63,018 nt of DNA from a virus (taxonomy: Duplodnaviria; Caudoviricetes): IMG/VR virus record IMGVR_UViG_3300007541_000022, positions 1-63,018 of that record. One strand, written 5' to 3'. The position numbers were made by a program, and so were the translations under genes. The notes below the pieces were generated by a model, which worked only from the letters and a program-made list of their open reading frames with translations, had not been told where the DNA came from and searched no databases. This document shows, in pieces, positions 59,883 through 63,018 of this stretch (position 1 is the stretch's first letter; the number at the start of each line of letters is the position of its first letter).

Positions 59883-60293
59883 ATGGCAAGAGCTAAGAAA
59901 ACAGAAACATCGGAAGAAACTACAAAACCGACTACACGTAAAACAAGAACTAAACAAACTGAAACTGCATCAGTTGAGGAGCAGGTTAATGAAGTGTTGG
60001 ATGAAACTACAGAAACTCAACCAACTGAAGAAACTGCCACTGAACAAGTAAAACCAATCGGTACATTGTTCAATACAATTAACTATAATAATGTTTCAGA
60101 TTTGGACCGTTTCATTCAAAACCTAACACAAGAACAAGCTTTGTATTGTGTTGTACAAGCGGCAAGAGCGGCACACCAAAGAAGTGCATACGGAATGGAG
60201 GAGTCAGAAGTTGTTTCAAGAGCAATTAGAGTGTTAACAACACCACAAGAACCTAAACAAGAGGTTCCTGAACCTGAAGTACATCAGGCTTAA
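59883..60293 (+). CDS. Hypothetical protein (Thr/Glu-rich N-terminus)
   Basis: 136-aa ORF with A-rich leader and downstream terminator. Confidence 0.7.
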   Translation: MARAKKTETSEETTKPTTRKTRTKQTETASVEEQVNEVLDETTETQPTEETATEQVKPIGTLFNTINYNNVSDLDRFIQNLTQEQALYCVVQAARAAHQRSAYGMEESEVVSRAIRVLTTPQEPKQEVPEPEVHQA

Positions 60294-60309
60294 AAACATT
60301 TAATTAATT

Positions 60310-60336
60310 AAAGGGGACTTAATTGTCCCCTTTTTT
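60310..60336 (+). terminator. Intrinsic terminator
   Basis: AAAGGGGAC-ttaatt-GTCCCCTTTTTT. Confidence 0.85.
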
Positions 60337-60350
60337 ATGCGAATTAAATT

Positions 60351-60542
60351 ATGAATAGACAAGAAATTATCTCAAAAATTTGTAAATTATCGTCAGAAAT
60401 TACAAAGGCAGTCATAAATGGTCATAAAGCACACGACCATGATAAATTTAGAGAACATCGTAGAGAGTTGGTTGAATTACGGTGTCAGTATTTTGGTAAG
60501 GATTCTAAACTATGTAAAAATGAAAGAAAAAATTTTAGGTAG
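60351..60542 (+). CDS. Hypothetical protein
   Basis: 63-aa ORF filling the gap; stop abuts convergent gene. Confidence 0.55.
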   Translation: MNRQEIISKICKLSSEITKAVINGHKAHDHDKFREHRRELVELRCQYFGKDSKLCKNERKNFR

Positions 60543-61091
60543 TTAATTATAAAAGAAATAACCAAAATCGATTATGTCAATTGTAACATAGTAATTGTTT
60601 TCGTTCTCAATTACATATGTTCCCATAACCATAGTATGTCCTTCAGTGTCTGAATTTGTGTTGAAAAGTATTTCATTATGTTGTTCTGAAGATTTAAAAC
60701 TATTAATTACCTGATTAACAAACTTATCATAACTCTCAAAACCCCACACATCTACACACACTTCACCAATACCATATTTTAATCTAGTGGTATCAATATT
60801 GTTAATCAATCCATACTTTACCCTAACAGAGTTAATAATATCTTTTACGTCACCTTTTGGTATGTTTGGATGAAACAGACTATCTTCTTCCGAGATAATA
60901 GTGGAAACTTTTTTACTATATCCTAAACCGAAGTCTAATGATAGAGATAGTGTGTCAACACCATTTTGAATACGAATTTGATTAACCTTTTTTATAAGTA
61001 ATTTAGAAAATACAACATTATCAAATGTGTTTTGGGAATATACATTTAGACCAAATAATAAAGTTGTTAAGATTAATAGTATTTTTTTCAT
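60543..61091 (-). CDS. Secreted CAP/SCP-domain-like protein
   Basis: Signal peptide MKKILLILTTLLFGLNVYS/Q; VNQIRIQNG..L, GE, FKSSEQHNEIL. Confidence 0.65.
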   Translation of the reverse strand: MKKILLILTTLLFGLNVYSQNTFDNVVFSKLLIKKVNQIRIQNGVDTLSLSLDFGLGYSKKVSTIISEEDSLFHPNIPKGDVKDIINSVRVKYGLINNIDTTRLKYGIGEVCVDVWGFESYDKFVNQVINSFKSSEQHNEILFNTNSDTEGHTMVMGTYVIENENNYYVTIDIIDFGYFFYN

Positions 61092-61095
61092 ACAA

Positions 61096-61126
61096 CAAAT
61101 ATACGAAAAAAAATACAGACTACAAA
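61096..61126 (-). promoter_or_regulatory. Bacteroidota-type promoter (-33 TTTG / -7 TAnnTTTG)
   Basis: Minus strand TTTG (61126-61123), 19 nt spacer, TATATTTG (61103-61096), just before ATG 61091. Confidence 0.6.
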
Positions 61127-61129
61127 ATA

Positions 61130-62629
61130 TTAAGAGATGTTAAGGTCTTCAATTCTTCTATAAATAGGTCCATGAGAAAGTCCCTCATCATTGTAATCGT
61201 TGTCCTCAGTCTTAAAGAATATATCAAAAACATCAAAGAATTTTTTCAAATCAATTCTTACATCCCCATACATATCACTATTTCTTATGGTTTTATTACG
61301 TATTTTATTTTTTCTAAGACCACCATTTCTCCACAAATCATATTTTTGTAATATTGGAAATGCTGATGAATATATATCTTCTAAGTTAATACTTTTTATG
61401 TAATCAAGTTTTTCTCGTTTATCGTCATATGTTTTTACCTTTTTAATTATATCACCTAAAACACCAGCAATTGGTAATAAACTAGCAACATCGTCTAATA
61501 ACATTTGTTTAGAATCATCTTTACTATCATCAATAGGTGGTAATTTCCCATCTTTATACATCTGCAATCTACTACTTACCAACGATTCTCTTTCTTGTTG
61601 AACCGTACTAGGTCTAATAACTACTTTATTATCCACTACTTTATCACCACAAGCATCTAAAGTTAATAATAACCCATCATTTACACCTGGTTTATCATTA
61701 TAAACCACCTCACCATTTTTAACTATCTTAACTCTTGGTAGGTCTTTATGTGTATTTGGACTTACCGATATAAACCATATATTAATGAGTCCTTTACCTT
61801 GTTTAACAATATTTTTTGATTGTTCATTTGTAACTGTAAATGTATCGACCCTTGTACCCCTAATATCTCCATCTTTATTTGACCCATATTTTTTACTTAT
61901 GTAACCATACGCAGGATTAACTAACTGACCAGGTAATTTAGGTTCACCTGAAATATTCCTATATGTTACATTACCATTTGAATTATTTAAATTAGCAGTT
62001 TTACCACCCTCAGCATTTAATAATAATGTATCATTAGCGAATAAGAAAAATTCAGCATTATTACACTCGTGTGATGGAACCCAAACCTTTATTTCAAGTC
62101 CTGTAACACAACCTGGAGGTATTATAGGGACAGGATTTTTTTCAGCAATAACCTTTATTGTAAAATTTGAAAATTGTTCTTTTGTGTATTTCTCATCTCT
62201 AGGGTTGTCTTTACCTTGAGTATATGGAGTTGAACCTATAACAGGTTCATTAACCACTATTTTAACATCCTGTAGAATATCAGACGCATTTTTTTCTAAA
62301 TAGTTTTTTAATGTTTCGGCTCTTTTTTTAGATAAATAACCTGGGTCGACTTTTTTCTTTGGAGTTACCTCAGCATCGTAGTTAGTTACCTGTGATTCTC
62401 CTGAATTAATTTCAACTTGTATAACACTACCTTTATTCTTTTCTTTAAATGTTCTAATTTTTTGAATTGCATCATCAATTTTTTTAACATTCTCAGGTAT
62501 TTTCCATTTACCCGATTGAAAAGTATCCGCAATGTCTATTTGTTCAGAGGGTCTATTTTGTTCAGTAATAACTCTACGAACAATATTTTCTAAATCTGAC
62601 TCAGTTAGACGTATTATTTTTTTAGACAT
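61130..62629 (-). CDS. Protein with LTESDL leader and divergent OmpA-like domain
   Basis: MSKKIIRLTESDLENIVRRVITEQ; FQSGKW...VEINSGES...YLSKKRAETLKNYL...EQF. Confidence 0.65.
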   Translation of the reverse strand: MSKKIIRLTESDLENIVRRVITEQNRPSEQIDIADTFQSGKWKIPENVKKIDDAIQKIRTFKEKNKGSVIQVEINSGESQVTNYDAEVTPKKKVDPGYLSKKRAETLKNYLEKNASDILQDVKIVVNEPVIGSTPYTQGKDNPRDEKYTKEQFSNFTIKVIAEKNPVPIIPPGCVTGLEIKVWVPSHECNNAEFFLFANDTLLLNAEGGKTANLNNSNGNVTYRNISGEPKLPGQLVNPAYGYISKKYGSNKDGDIRGTRVDTFTVTNEQSKNIVKQGKGLINIWFISVSPNTHKDLPRVKIVKNGEVVYNDKPGVNDGLLLTLDACGDKVVDNKVVIRPSTVQQERESLVSSRLQMYKDGKLPPIDDSKDDSKQMLLDDVASLLPIAGVLGDIIKKVKTYDDKREKLDYIKSINLEDIYSSAFPILQKYDLWRNGGLRKNKIRNKTIRNSDMYGDVRIDLKKFFDVFDIFFKTEDNDYNDEGLSHGPIYRRIEDLNIS

Positions 62630-62662
62630 AATATATTTGTTTAATTATAAATATCTGCATAT

Positions 62663-62689
62663 AAAAAAAGGGGACCATTGGTCCCCTTT
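62663..62689 (-). terminator. Intrinsic terminator after major capsid gene
   Basis: AAAGGGGACC-att-GGTCCCCTTT stem with T7 run on the minus strand. Confidence 0.88.
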
Positions 62690-62709
62690 AATATTGAATT
62701 TAAGATATA

Positions 62710-63018
62710 TTATCTTAAAGAGTTCAAGTCGAATGTACGAACACCATCAACGATGATTCTACCGTAGAATCTGTTGTTCACCATCTTCTTAGCGTATCTA
62801 GTCATGATACCTTTGATTGGAGTGAAGTTGAATGGATTGTACATAGTTGGTGTCAACTGTAGAGGTACATATGGTGCGTAAACGTAACCAGTATCCAATA
62901 AAGAAGAACCTTTATGACCCATCAATACAGTGTTAGGTGGGAAGTAAGGGTCACGGTAAACTTGATATCTACCTGATAACGTACCTACTCTCTCAATACC
63001 CATGTTGTATTGGTCTTG
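62710..63018 (-). CDS. Major capsid protein, T4 gp23-like, C-terminal part (5' truncated by window)
   Basis: GTLSGRYQVYRDPY, GYVYAPYVPLQ, FTPIKGIMTRYA are gp23-family C-terminal motifs. Confidence 0.92.
   Translation of the reverse strand, partial: QDQYNMGIERVGTLSGRYQVYRDPYFPPNTVLMGHKGSSLLDTGYVYAPYVPLQLTPTMYNPFNFTPIKGIMTRYAKKMVNNRFYGRIIVDGVRTFDLNSLR

Noticed and set aside
1-63018. CRISPR array, tRNA/rRNA genes, integrase or IS elements
   Set aside because: Intergenic gaps are short, and I saw no spaced direct repeats, cloverleafs or transposase/integrase motifs; a tRNAscan/Infernal run would be needed to exclude small RNAs.
1-63018. Stop-codon reassignment as in some large phages
   Set aside because: Conserved genes are full length in code 11 with dense packing, and TAG and TGA both end genes at sensible positions.

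Overview
The window is a 63-kb piece of a large, AT-rich, T4-like (contractile-tailed) phage genome. The likely host is a Bacteroidota member: translation starts are A-rich without Shine-Dalgarno sites, and TAnnTTTG promoter elements are present (inference). It contains replication and recombination genes: a 5' nuclease fragment, RecA/UvsX, a gp32-like SSB, a SNF2 helicase, a family-B DNA polymerase, a 3'-5' exonuclease and dUTPase. It also holds a tail/baseplate/neck module, the 3' end of the major capsid gene, PhoH and a late-type sigma factor. The most notable element is a ~13-kb glycosylation region (38.2-51.4 kb) with four GT2/GT4-like glycosyltransferases, a GT29-type sialyltransferase, a sulfotransferase, a NeuB/cytidylyltransferase/HAD nonulosonate module and GDP-fucose synthesis genes. 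Several virion proteins show a dense S/T-G/A-x-T/S motif that could be the acceptor sequon. Other signals are a family of proteins with T4-like capsid-targeting leaders ending in (I/L)-x-E (including a MnSOD-nuclease-like fusion and a stand-alone WYL protein), a recurring TATTTAT late-promoter motif (reverse complement of the T4 late box), an unannotated ribbon-helix-helix gene with tandem operator-like repeats, a candidate +1/-2 tail-chaperone frameshift, and a hairpin leader on the polymerase mRNA. All family calls come from motif recognition by eye; no database searches were run.
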